Shown piece after piece: positions 13,245 through 25,439 of a stretch of 64,000 nucleotides of DNA. Within the stretch, counting starts at the first letter, position 1. Each line of letters begins with the position of its first letter. The notes below the pieces were generated by a model. That model saw nothing but the letters and a program-made list of their open reading frames with translations. It ran no database searches and was not told the DNA's origin. The stretch is from Trichosphaerium sp. ATCC 40318 (Eukaryota > Protista > Tubulinea). The translations under genes and the position numbers were made by a program. The stretch lies in contig JALMLS010000391.1 in the NCBI GenBank assembly GCA_038496445.1, positions 2,066 through 66,065 of the forward strand, given 5' to 3'.

Positions 13245-13644
13245 TTCACTGGCGTTCATACTATCAAGTAAGAGACACTATCAAATACAACATTCTTTAA
13301 TACTTTTAAAACAATCAGCACACGATACCAAAGTATTAAACATAAGTGTAATCTTAGAAAGTCTTTTTTTCTTTCTCTTCTTTATCAAAACTATCTTTTT
13401 CGTTATCCTTACACTTCAATATAATAGTCTTTTTACCTACCTATTATCATTGATAAGTCATACTTTTTACACATTCAGTTTTTCTGAGAAAAAGTTCAAA
13501 AAAGATTGCTACCTCAACAACCATGTCCTTCAGTTTACAAACAAGATATATTAGGGAATTAGTGGATACTTCTATATTAACTCTTCTTACATCACAATAG
13601 CATAAAAACTGTGAAGTACTGTACTTGTTATTGTTGTATGATAT
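13245..13644 (-). repeat. third, partial copy of the F-box/Sec7 gene 3' region
   Basis: Matches ~17477-17883 directly and ~1081-1490 inverted (ISYNNNKYSTSQFLC...KSMTYQ ORF). Confidence 0.95.
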
Positions 13645-14373
13645 TTCTTTCTTGCCCTGAGTAAAAAATGGATATATCCGTTTTTTTGAAAATTGAAATT
13701 TAACAACACCAATTGCAAAAAAATGGATGAAAGGTACCCTGATGTATAAACACATGCTGTTAGGCAGTGCTGACCTACAATTCAGTTGTGCACATAGTCA
13801 TGATAGGAAAAATTTTTTATTTGCAATGTTTTTTTGTATGAAACAACATAAAACATGGAGCAGCACACAGAGGCACATTACAGCTTTTACAATAATATTG
13901 TGTTTCTTTAGCCTTTTTTTTGGTTAATTTACACACAATGCACAATCTACGAGTGTTTTTGGAAGGAAAGTGGCGTTGTGCAGTTAGACGAGAATCAGGT
14001 AAACTTGTAGTAGTTTTATATTTTTTTTTTTCAAACTGACTATTGGTGTGCTGTCTTCATCAGTATCAGACTCCGCAAATCTACACTGATTAATTGATCA
14101 ACTAGTAAAGATGTGTACCTTTGTAGTAATTCATCAACTAGTGTTGTTTTAAAATCAGACAACTTGGTAGTATTCCGACGGCAACTTTTGTATAAAATGA
14201 ATGAATTGATGATGGCAGCATCAATTATCCAAGCATACAAGCGCTTCCACCATTTAACACTTGGCCTGTAAACACTTACTTGCATGTATTGATCAAAAAC
14301 ATCTACTCCATTCATGTAGTTGTTGTAAGCATGGATACAATCAAGTTTAAGTTTTTGTCGTGTGCCTCCAATA

Positions 14374-16330
14374 CAGGTCTAAAATTCTCGAGCTGTTTTT
14401 ATGGTAGATACCATGAATTTGTGGTATAATTATACCATTGATTCCAATTTTATACCACAAATTCCAGTATAATATACCATAAATCAAAGGATTTATACCA
14501 TGAAACAGCCAAATTATACCATAAATATACAGTAGAAAGTGCGAATTTATACCATATTTTTTCACCTGAAAAAATGCATTATATGGTATAATTCTACCAT
14601 AAAACATGGTATAAAACACAGTATAATACCATAAAGCCTGGTATATTATACCTTAAAACTTGGTAGATTATACCACAAAACCGGGTGTATTATACTGTGT
14701 AAAAACTGTTCTAAAAATAAAAACACATTTATTAATACATCTTTTTTTTGTTTACATCCGTGACTTTTAGTTTTGCCCATGTTCTTTTTTGCAGTGATCA
14801 AATAACCTTAAAAGAACAGATCGTACTTGCTGTAAGTGCATTGAATGGATATAGCATGAAACCTAAAAGAAGAGTTAGCGCCGGCTTGGTTTCTTGTACA
14901 CAAAATAAATAGTCGTACAAAAATTGTTGTTTTATGGCAGCGCTGAGAGTAACAAATGACCTGCACGGTGAAGCCAAACCAAGACTAAAACAAAGAAATG
15001 AAAATAGCTACCAACTTCATCGGAAACGAGTTCTAGCGGAATAGTACCTGGTTGGGCGGCTAACATGTTTTGTTTTTTTTATATCACCTATTAAGCCTGT
15101 AAAACCTATGGCAAACAGCTTTAAAACAACTACTTTCTAGCGTACCTTGTGTTGTGTGGGCAATAAACTGGTCAAAACTTAGTTTTATGCCCTGGCTTAG
15201 CCAATTAGTTTACAATATCACTCGTAAGGTCAACGCATGGGTGCAGAGCCTAAATGCTATCTGTTCCGGCAAATGCGGGCGTTTGGTAGGAAAAAAACCA
15301 AAAAAATCAAAAAAAATCCAAAAAAACCCAAAAACTCGAAAAATGGGTAGGCTCTGAAACAACTTTGCCTTATATCACTAATCGCGTGGTTTAACACACA
15401 TTGGGGCATATATCAAGAATGTCAAAAAAAAATAAATAATTTTGCTCTTGATTTGGTAAATGAGGCTGTATGGCGTTGATTGAGTGTAAAAATGCGTATG
15501 GAGGGGAGAAAAAAATGAGAGCCGGAGAAAAAAACCTCCAATTGGAGGTTTTTTGCGAATGGGCATTTTTCGAGCGCTAAACGCGTTTTTGGTGTGTATA
15601 CCACTGTAGCGTTCTAACATGGGGTACGCGGAGTGGTTTCTTCCTCAAATACCATTAATCGGAGAAAGTTGGCCAATTTATCCCTAAAACGCCCGTAATT
15701 GGGGCGCGTTACCAGATTTCTCTCTTAAAACTGTTTTTCACACATTTATATGCCAATTATGTTCAATAACGGCTACTGTCAAAGCATTGTGTGGTATGGC
15801 GTTTGTGTAGGTCCATATGCTATTAAATCAAGTGCAGACCAAGTGAGCTTTGACTAACTTATACTTATACAGTATAATACCACGGTATAATACCACATTT
15901 TATGGTATAATTATATGGTATAATGCACGGTATACAATACTGTAAAATACAGTATAATACCATGGTATAATACTGTGTTTTATGGTATAATTATATGGTA
16001 TAATGCATGGTATAATATACTGTAAAATGTGGTATAATACCATGGTATAATACTGTGTTTTATGGTATAATTATATGGTATAATGCGTGGTATAATATAC
16101 TTTAAAATGCAGTATAATACCATGGTATAGTACCATGTTTTATGGTATAATTATATTCTATAAATTGAGATATGGTATAAACATGGTATAATGGCTGTTA
16201 TACCATTTGTCCAAAAAACATGGTATTATACCATATTTTATGGTATAATTATATGGTATAATTATGGATTATACTGAGCTTGTACCATAAAAGGTGATTA
16301 TACCATAAAATATGATAATTTTCAGACCTG
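14374..16330. mobile_element. non-autonomous TIR element (1957 bp) with TA target-site duplication, nested in piggyBac
   Basis: TA|CAGGTCTAAAATT ... AATTTTCAGACCTG|TA; TATACC/GGTATA subterminal arrays at both ends; removal rejoins EEV-IGGTRQKLKLDCIHAYNNYMNGVD in frame. Confidence 0.9.
15871..16155. repeat. 80-bp tandem repeat (~3.5 copies) built from GGTATAAT motifs
   Basis: Units start at 15871, 15951, 16031 and 16111 (RGTATAATACCAYGGTATA...TATGGTATAATTATAT). Confidence 0.9.
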
Positions 16331-17110
16331 TAACTTCTTCAAACTCGTATGATGCTGTTGTTAAAAAATAAAATGCGCGCTTGTCATAAAGACCAAGACC
16401 AACCATGAATGTTACATTATCTAATGGTTCAGCACTGTATAGAATAACTTCTCTTGCTTTTGCTTTGGCTTCTTTGCCTTTTTCTTTGGTACGATAAATC
16501 TCTTTTGGTACACCATAATTTTTCCTCCATGTACCTGTGCAATATTGTCCAATTTGATAGGCAGCTACTGCTAAACTAGGACGCATATACAGATTATCCA
16601 TAAAAATTTCATGACCGTGTTGTTTAAGCTGTGAAATAAGGTGATATGCTTTGTTTGCTGTTGGAGTCAACCCTTGAATAGACACATGTGGTTCTTTGTT
16701 TAACAAAAAATTAACAAGGTACTTGGATTCAGAGTCTACCACACATTTAATGTCAAAGCTGGAAGATACCTTTTTATGTTTGGTTCTTTTAATCAGCTTT
16801 GTTCTCCCTGCATATCCTGGAGTGGCTTCGTCTAATGCCAGTTTTTCATGTGGTAGATAGTTGTTGATGCATTGATGTCAAAATGTATCAACAAGAGTTC
16901 TAAACTTTTGGTATAGATCAGCGTCACTAGTCCTTTGGTAGGTAAATGTAAGCAAGTGCAGGGTCTTCATACCAGTTTGGAATCATGATCTGTCTTAATT
17001 TTGGCATATTGTAACAAATGTTTGTTTGCCATGCTTTTCTAGGACCCATCTATGTGCACCAAGTATTATAGATGTTGCCAACCACCTCATTATGTTTCAG
17101 TGTCAAGTCT

Positions 17111-18967
17111 AGTTGTACATCTAAAATATTGGCTAATATCACAAAACTCCAAAGTTAGGCCTTACCATTGACATGGCTTTAATTTCATTGGTAACTTGTC
17201 AGAAACTTCTGTGATAAATCTCGTGCAACTTGCTGGCGTACAATATTCAAAACTAACAGTGGCAAAAGTGTAACACAAAGAGTAATAAATGACGTCATGT
17301 TAGTTAAAAAAAGTCACAATATTATTTGTGCAATACTTGTCATGTTTTGTTGTTGTTTTTTGTTCATTTGAACTTTTTATTCTTCTTAAATCTCCATATG
17401 CCAAGACTCATAACTGATTGGCATAAAAAGGTGTTGGCAGGTTCCCAAACTCTCACAAATGTAAATCACATGGATATTCACTGGTTTCAAACTATCCTAT
17501 CAAGTAAGAGACACTATCAAATACAACATTCTTTAATACTTTTAAAACAATCAGCACACAATACCAAAGTATTAAACATAAGTGTAATCTTAGAAAGTCT
17601 TTTTTTCTTTCTCTTCTTTATCAAAACTATCTTTTTCTCGTTATCCTTACACTTCAATATAATAGTCTTTTTACCTACCTATTATCATTGATAAGTCATA
17701 CTTTTTACGCACTCAGTGTGTCTGAGAAAAAGTTCAAAAAAGATTGCTACCTCAACAACCATGTCCTTTAGTTTAATACAAACAAGATATATTAGGGAAT
17801 TAGTGGATACTTCTATATTACCTCTTCTTACATCACAACAGCATAAAAACTGTGAGTACTGTCTGTTGTTGGTGTATGATATAGTCAAGATACCTGACCA
17901 TGATATACTTGGCTCATAAATAATACTTTTTTTTTTGACCTCATCATACAGCTTATCTGTAAATCCTTCAGGAAGGCGTTTGTGTGGACCCTACAAACCC
18001 TGTAAGTATTTAAACCTTAGATCAGGACCTTGTTTAAAAATTAGATGTGAAGAAAGTGATTGGTGGTTAGTTTTTTATGTGACTTTCATATCTAGTTTGT
18101 GTACTATGCTGCCGAAAAAATTGTTGTTTTGTCAGTTGATACTTTTTGCCAATATTTATATTGTGTAAGCTTGTATTAAGCGAAACCTAGTATTTGAAAT
18201 CAGCTAATAATTGTATGTAGACAATGTTGTATTGATTAGCTTGTTGAGTAAAAACCTAAGATAAGAAGTTTCTTCAAAAAAAAATTGTCTGCGAAGATTC
18301 TTTTTTGCTATAAAAAGGAATTTAGGAAGGTAAATGTACCACACTATATAAGAAATCGAATACAGTATCAGTATCTGGATATATATTAGGGTTTTGATGA
18401 AAGTATTCTTCGCTAAGCTGCTGAAAAAACCTAAAGAAATGAATATGACAATGACATTATGTCAAGAACACAAGAAAAAAAAACCTTTAGATTTCATCTT
18501 GAAAGTACTTACACCTGAATCTCATGAGCGTATTCTGGTAATTTTATGATTTTACACACGCTTGTTATAGCTTGTACTATACTTCGATCTTTAAAGTCAA
18601 TACGTGATAAAATCAAGCCAAGCACAGACCTCTAAAATAATAAGAAAAAAGCAATAACAATAATATGTCATGACAACACGTTTTCTACCAATGAGCAACT
18701 GCGATTCCATTGCAAAAGGGTGCTGTCATTTAAAAAGTTCAGTGCCACTCATGGAGTGCCATATTGAGAACATAATTGAAGGACATCATCAACCGTTTTA
18801 GGCAAAAAGCTGACTTCCAAAAAAAAAAGAAACGCACATGGTTCATTAGGCATGCCACAATTGGTCTTGGTCTAATTTCTTTCCCACGCGTATCAAAAAC
18901 TCAGCAAGCATTGGTGAGTCTATTCCAAAGCCCATAGCGTCAAACTTTTGTAAACCATGTTTATAAT
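17111..18967. repeat. inverted segmental duplication, right arm
   Basis: Reverse complement of 1-1891. Confidence 0.97.
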
Positions 18968-19232
18968 CTTTATTAAACGCTTCAATCGAGCTGTTGAACT
19001 ACAGAAAGAACTATCAGACAGGTATTGAGGTGTATTAAACTTAACGTTACTTAAAATCGCATAAATCTGCTGTTCGCGTTATGATATAACTGCACGCACC
19101 CTTGAAGTACGGTGCGCTGATGATTACATCATGAAATAGTGTACAAGTTGTTAAAGAAGTCATGAATACCATGTCATAGCCCAGTATGCGCTGGAGCATC
19201 TCAGGCGGTAGATGCATGACGTTTAATGCCAT
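17517..19232 (-). pseudogene. F-box/Sec7-domain gene copy B (1-bp frameshift relative to copy A)
   Basis: MALNVMHLPPEMLQRILGY (F-box), then SIEAFNKDYKHGLQ... (Sec7 start; consensus FN.DPKKGIQ). GACCAATTGTGG here versus GACCAATTTGTGG in copy A shifts the frame near 18860. Confidence 0.65.
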
Positions 19233-19411
19233 TGATAGTTTACTGTCACTGTTTTAAGTTTAGAGAGTGATTATTGTGCTACACAATGACGGGTCAAGCT
19301 TCGTCACTCGTTGCACGTGCAAATTCTAGTTTTATTCCACAACAAGATCAGAAGAAAAAAAAGCCAAGCTGATATCGTACAAGGGTTATTTTTTTATTGC
19401 GATAGGTACAC

Positions 19412-20922
19412 TCACAACTTTGCCATTGGAACACCGTTGGGCCATAAATGTGTTTGGTTTTGTAACCAATCAACTGTATCTCGTATCGTCTCTTGTGTAT
19501 TCCGTGGTCTTAAACCAAGATCTTTTTCAGCCTCTGAACTTTTCACATACCAGAAATGACATGCCATCTCTAATCGAACAGGATCTTTATCGCCAAGTGA
19601 AGGATTACCTAAAGTATGAATATCAGCGGTGTTACATCCTTTAATATTCGCTTACTGTACACCCTTGGTACTGCAGTGCTAAGCGCACTAGCAGCAGCCA
19701 AAAGAACACGCCTTGGAATAACAAACCGAGGTGGTTTGATGTTCGAAACTCGAGATATCATTGCAAAGACGTTACGAAGTGAGTGATTTGCCCCAGAGAT
19801 TAGATACGTTTTAAGCGGTTTACCAACAACCATAGCGTTTCTAGGAGGGTTAATCAGTCAGAATAATAAAAAGTCACGTGATTTATTTCAATATCACGTG
19901 ACGTACCTAAAAGCCTCTGCAGCATCGCGAACATCTATTATGTTTGTTCCACCTAAGAGAGGAAGTGAGAGAATGCTAATTTTAGTGATTAGAAGTATGT
20001 TGTACCAGGAGGAATTACAGGAACTTTCCTGCAAAGGAATTTATAAATATAGCCTGTTGATCTCACATCAAGATCACCAGGTCCTAATATTTGAGAAGGT
20101 CTTAGTACAACCAAATGTACTTTATTCTTTTCAGCATAATTCAATGCATCCATCTCTGCCACTACTTTCGAATGGTAATAACTACAGTAATTAGCAAAGT
20201 TCGTTCAAATTTTTTTATGAACAAAAATAGTGTCTACTGCTGCATTACGTACGGCCAATTACGAACTGTGCTTTCGCAGTATTTACTAGAATCTGTCGCG
20301 ATCTTTGTAGGATCATAAAAGCATCCTACTACACCAGACGTAGATGCATATACAACGCGACATCTATACAGTAAAATTGTAAGAGCACAGTCTTTTAAAT
20401 TTCCTTCTCGCCCTTACCCAACCTTTGCAGCTACACGCATCACCACTAAGGTGCCATCAACATTTGTCCTGTATACTGTGGAATGTGATTTGCCAAATCT
20501 AGAATGTACAACAGCTCCTGCCAAGTGAAATATGCCGTCAACATCAGCACAAGCCTTTGCAAAACCACGTTGGCAAAAAGCGAAATAAAGTAGTTTACGC
20601 ACTTTGAGGAGTGTATTATAGTCTAGAATAGAACCATTGACTAAACGTACAGCTTGTGGGAGCGTTTTACAAGCGGTTGCAGTACGGGAGTAAACTACAA
20701 CGAGTTACACCAATGGTGGCTTTATAATACGCGATATTATAGTATTGTACCGCTTACAGAGGCCCCAGCATCAAGCAACTAGCAAAAGTCGTTAATTAAT
20801 TATCGAACGCTCGTAAATACTATACAAACGCATACCAAAGGTATTAGATGTCTACCTAGAAAACCAGCACCACCTGTCACTAGAAACGACTTTCCAGTCA
20901 ACCAAGACGTATGCTCCTCCAT
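19412..20922 (-). CDS. NAD-dependent epimerase/dehydratase (extended SDR, dihydroflavonol-reductase/HpnA-like) with PTS1
   Basis: FLVTGGAGFLG, GIFHLAGAV, NVDGT, RVVYASTSG, GTNIIDVRDAA; ends ...GVPMAKL*. Confidence 0.88.
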
Positions 20923-21004
20923 TGTTATAGTGTAGCAAAGCGCAAATTTAAGATTATTTGACAATTAAGTCTGTAATCGTCTAAGTGAAAATTTTTCATT
21001 TACT

Positions 21005-22632
21005 ATGGCCACTCTTCCTGATTATACCGAATTTGGCATTAAAGTTGAACAAGGAGTACTCAAGGTAGCTATTTAACGTATTTAAGTAAAAAAGATCCTA
21101 AAACTGTTTAAAGGTTCTAGATCAAACCAAATTACCTAATGAAGAGAACTGGTTGGTTGTTAAGACCATTGAGGACATGTGGAACAATATTAAGCGCTTG
21201 AGTGTCAGGTAATTGAGAAAACTACGAAATCCTCTTTAACATCGTACAATAGAGGCGCACCAATGATTGGATGTTGTGCCGCTATGATTCTAGCTCACGA
21301 AGCTGTGCGCATGCACCCAAAAGAGGCAGACATTGAAAAGCACGCTGCTTACTTAAAGACATCACGCCCAACTGCTGTAAACCTCATGTACGCTTGTGAT
21401 TTGGTTTCTCAAGTAGGTTGCGAGAAAAAAGACTTCTCTGCGGCTAATATCGTAAAAATCGCATACGACATCAAAGATAAAGAGCAAGAGATGTGCTCCA
21501 AGTAAGTTAATTGTTAAAAAACACTTGTAAAACGAAGAAAAAAAAGAAAGAAAGCTAACGCTCTTAGGATGGCAAAGTTCGGCGCTTCATTGGTTAAAGA
21601 AGGTTTGTACATGGTTTAAATGACAGTTTTTGCTAAAACACTATCAAAATAGGCGATAACATCTTGACACATTGTAACACTGGCTCACTTGCTACTATTG
21701 GTGTTGGTACGACTAAAAACGGTTTAAAATGTTGGTCACGTGGTGGCTACACGTCTATAAAATTTATTCGTATAGTGTGCCCACGTAGAGTGTTAGTATT
21801 GTTTCAAGTGGTGTAGGAACAAAGGGAAACTTTAGTGAACAAAACTGAATCCCTTTTTATTTTTCTTACTTTTTTGCGAACTTTTTTTAGGAACTACCGA
21901 CCCTATTTAATTTTTTTTTGGGTTTGTGGTTTGATTAATTGTGTTAGGTACTGCCCTTGGTGTAATCCGTGAGTGTCACAAACAAGGGAAAAATATCCAC
22001 GTGTACGTAGATGAAACACGTCCTTTGCTTCAAGGCGGTCGTTTGACAACATACGAATTGGAGGTAACAAATCTATAAGAAAAATTGATTTATTGACACC
22101 TCCATTAGAAAGAAGGCATTCCTTACACGCTCATCGCTGATAACATGGCCGGTATGCTCATGTCTCAAGGAAAGATTGACCGCATTTTTGTTGGTGCTGA
22201 TAGAGTTGCTATCAACGGAGATTTCGCAAACAAAATCGGTAAATATTTCTTTTGAATCTTCCAAAATACTTACCCTTTAATAGGCACATACTCTGTTGCT
22301 GTATTGGCAAACTACCATAAAGTACCTTTCCATCCAGTAGCTCCTGTATCTACTATCGATTTTAAATGCCAAACTGGTGCTGATATCCCAATCGAGATGA
22401 GAAAACCAGAAGAGGTATCGTCGTCTCAAGAATTATTTTCTTTTTTCAAACTAAAATTTAAATACAGGTTCGTGGAGCATTTGGTACAACATGGGCACCT
22501 ACACAAGCCAAGACATTTAACCCTGCATTTGATGTAACACCAATGGCACTTGTTGAGAGTATCATTTTGGACTCTGGTATTCATACCAAGGAGATGATTG
22601 CAAATGGAAGTCTCAAAAAACTAGCTGAATAA
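21005..22632 (+). CDS. MRI1: methylthioribose-1-phosphate isomerase
   Basis: [79 protein letters not shown]. Confidence 0.95.
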
Positions 22633-22692
22633 ATCGGTTTTTTTGTTTCAAGCTAAAACAATGTGTTCCTTTTATTCTCTTTTCTTCTTCTT

Positions 22693-25307
22693 TCAAGACA
22701 ACTTAAGACGTTCATTCATTTGTACTAAAACTGGCCAATCTGGATGATTTGTTCCGTGGTGCAACTTCACAAGATGAATAGCATACTCGGTGTGCCTGTA
22801 ATCCCAAGAAAATTAGCACCAAATAAAAAAATCTATCCAAAAACTACTTACGTTTTCGCTTCATCTCTCATTCCTGAGTTGAAAGCTAGTTGTGCTGTAC
22901 GTACGGACACGTCAACCTAAAGCAAGAAAAGGTCTTTAGTAAAACCACTAAGCCTGGTAAAATAGATAGCGTACAAGTTCGACTGCGTTTTTATCAAAAA
23001 TTTCAGAAAGTAATTCACGTGATTGTCGGCATGCTCCATAAGCTTTTTTCCAATTACTCTTACATGCATACTCATATGCTAATAAGTTATAAGTATCTGC
23101 ACACCTAGTTATAGTACATACCTAAGGCATCTAACAATTTAGCATGAGTCATTGGTTGTAGCTTTGCATGCTTCTCTTGAAGAAAGGCATTCGCTGAACT
23201 ACAAATATTTGGTATTTCTTCATTGTTATTCTTTAAGTTCTACAAGGAATTAGTTAATATTGTATTGTCTTTGTATGTACATACGTCTATGAGTTTTTGA
23301 GCATACGTCTCTGATACTTCATCTACAATTATAGATTGTTCAGATGCTGTGCACGCAGTGCAAGCACATCCGAAGCAATACTTTTCTTTCAAAATCGTCC
23401 TTAAGTTTATGTTAAGTTAATTTAGGAATAAATACCATACTGTCGCTCTTGCTTAGTGTGACGTCCGTGTCGAGGTCCATAACAGTGGTATACTTCGTCG
23501 CCTTTTTGAATAGCCACAGTAGATCGTATAGAGAGTAGAGTGCCGTTGTAAGTGATAGTAGTATTAGGGTCGCAACTGTGATTTATCATAGCAGTATTGA
23601 CATACAATCCCGTACCAATACGTTCTTGTACAACTTCTAATTAATCATTTTAGATCATATTCATTGAAAACAGATTGTCACATACCAGTGACACTTTGTT
23701 TATTATCATATAAGCTCTCCCAAGGTCTTGTATCTCTAGATGTTACAATAGCCTATTAAAAAGGTGTAAGCTGTCATACCGAACTAAAATTGCTGTACGT
23801 TTACTGAGAGCGCACAGAGGACAGTTACAACTTTCTATAGATTACAAGTTAAAAAGGTCAACAACGTAATGGTGGTGTAACTCACTGTAACATCAAATCG
23901 TCCTGGGAAAGCTTGAGAGAGCAAACTGGCGTTAACTATGTGCTTTGCAAGTTCGGCATTTGTAATATCATTTATATGAGACTCTAAAGGAGATACAACG
24001 CTCTCATAGCCCTAAACAACTTGTCAACTAAATATATTGATTCTTCACAAACCTCTTTAAGCATTATCTGCGATGCCAGTACTAGGCTATGTGGAGCTTC
24101 CTTATTGAAAATAGTACAAGACACTATTTCTTCAAACTGTTTATGTCTTTTGGTCCATTGATCGTAGCAATCAGTAGTGCAAAAACATACTGTACACGAC
24201 AGTTGATGAGGAATAAAATCATCACTAAGAACATAAATAAAAAGAGATGATAGGGATGTATGTACTTCTGAAGCAAGTCCGTCCCGCAGTTATGACATGT
24301 TCTGTACATTGCTGAATTTAGTGGAACCCATGAAATAGGTTGTTCTTTTATTATTTGCTCGCTTGCACGAACGAATGTTTTGGCTTGAATACCTCTATTC
24401 TTGTTCTCTACACTTGTGACATGCACTGTACATAGTTAAAATGATATTTTTGTGCAACACAATAAAGAAGGGGGTGGTACCTTTGTCGTTCATTTCAATT
24501 GTGATACTGTCTCTATCAAAACTGGTTGCTGTTTTTGGTGTTTTGAACGATATGGTGGATTTTAGTATGTCTTTTGTTACTGGTAATTTCCTTCCTTTAT
24601 TCTTACACAGAGTCTCAAGAGATTCCCATGCTTTTTCAGCAATTTCTTTTTCTCCTGTAACAGCAATGAGAAAAAAACAAGAAAAAAATGCTCTAAACCA
24701 AAATTAAAGGATACCGTACCAAGTGCAACATGTGCCTTTATTTTTCTTACTGACAATGCCAAGCGAGTCCTTAAAGGACAAAAGGGAGATGCCAATGCCC
24801 TATCACATGCAATAACGCACCTGGCCATAAATTTAAGCTGAAACCTAGTTGCTACTAATCAATGTAATGAACTCTTTCTAACACTTCATTGACGCACCAA
24901 ACAGCAGATCTGTTACCGTACAATGTTGGTTCTATATCTTTTGGAGCGTAACAGAGCGCCTAGAGAGTGTAACTAACCATGGTAACAACGTTTGACGACC
25001 TTGTTGTAATAATTCAGCGCTTTTGAAAACTGCCTTGATTTGTACTGTTTATTGCCTTGAGTTTTAAACTCTAAAGCGACTAAAGGCAGTTTGATAAGCA
25101 ATTGTTCTAAATGAATCTGTACATACTGTTTTCTGATTTAGACTCCATTGTAGCGTATTTCGACGCCAAATCAACGCATTTTACGCTCTCAGCGAGTGAA
25201 TTAATCTTCTCATTTCTATTTTCTTTCGTCGATTGCGTAAGCGCCTTCAACACAGTCTCTACAGCATAATGACGGGCTTTTTCTGTTTCTTCCTGAGAAA
25301 ACGACAT
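22693..25307 (-). CDS. TPR + SET/MYND lysine methyltransferase (SMYD4-like)
   Basis: TPR (KTQGNKQYK...ALNYYNKAL...YGNRSA), SET-N RGIQAK...EQP, MYND-like CHNC...C, MINHSCDPN...GDEVYHCYG, post-SET YCFGCACTAC. Confidence 0.88.
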
Positions 25308-25439
25308 ATGGGAGTTTTTATTTATAAAGTGAGCCACTACTGCCGGGGTAGTGATGTATTGCGTGTCACTAGAGTTCAAAGAATCGAGTTTGACTTTTTA
25401 TCCGTTTCATTGTGTACTGTACAGCACCCGCTTTATCGT

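Larger units (their letters stand above)
13817..17110 (-). pseudogene. piggyBac (PGBD-type DDD) transposase pseudogene
   Basis: LALDEATPGYAGR (D1), IFMDNLY (D2), YNNYMNGVDVFDQ...KWWKR (D3), and a C-terminal Cys-rich RRLCIVCK...YYCKSCNVPLCAAPCF..FH domain; stops and frameshifts near 16860-17080; 5' truncated; split by a nested element. Confidence 0.92.

Noticed and set aside
14400-16320. TATACC/GGTATA arrays as a CRISPR array, or as the ORF 14347-14619
   Set aside because: No constant repeat with unique spacers; these are subterminal repeats of a TIR element and the ORF is a low-complexity by-product.
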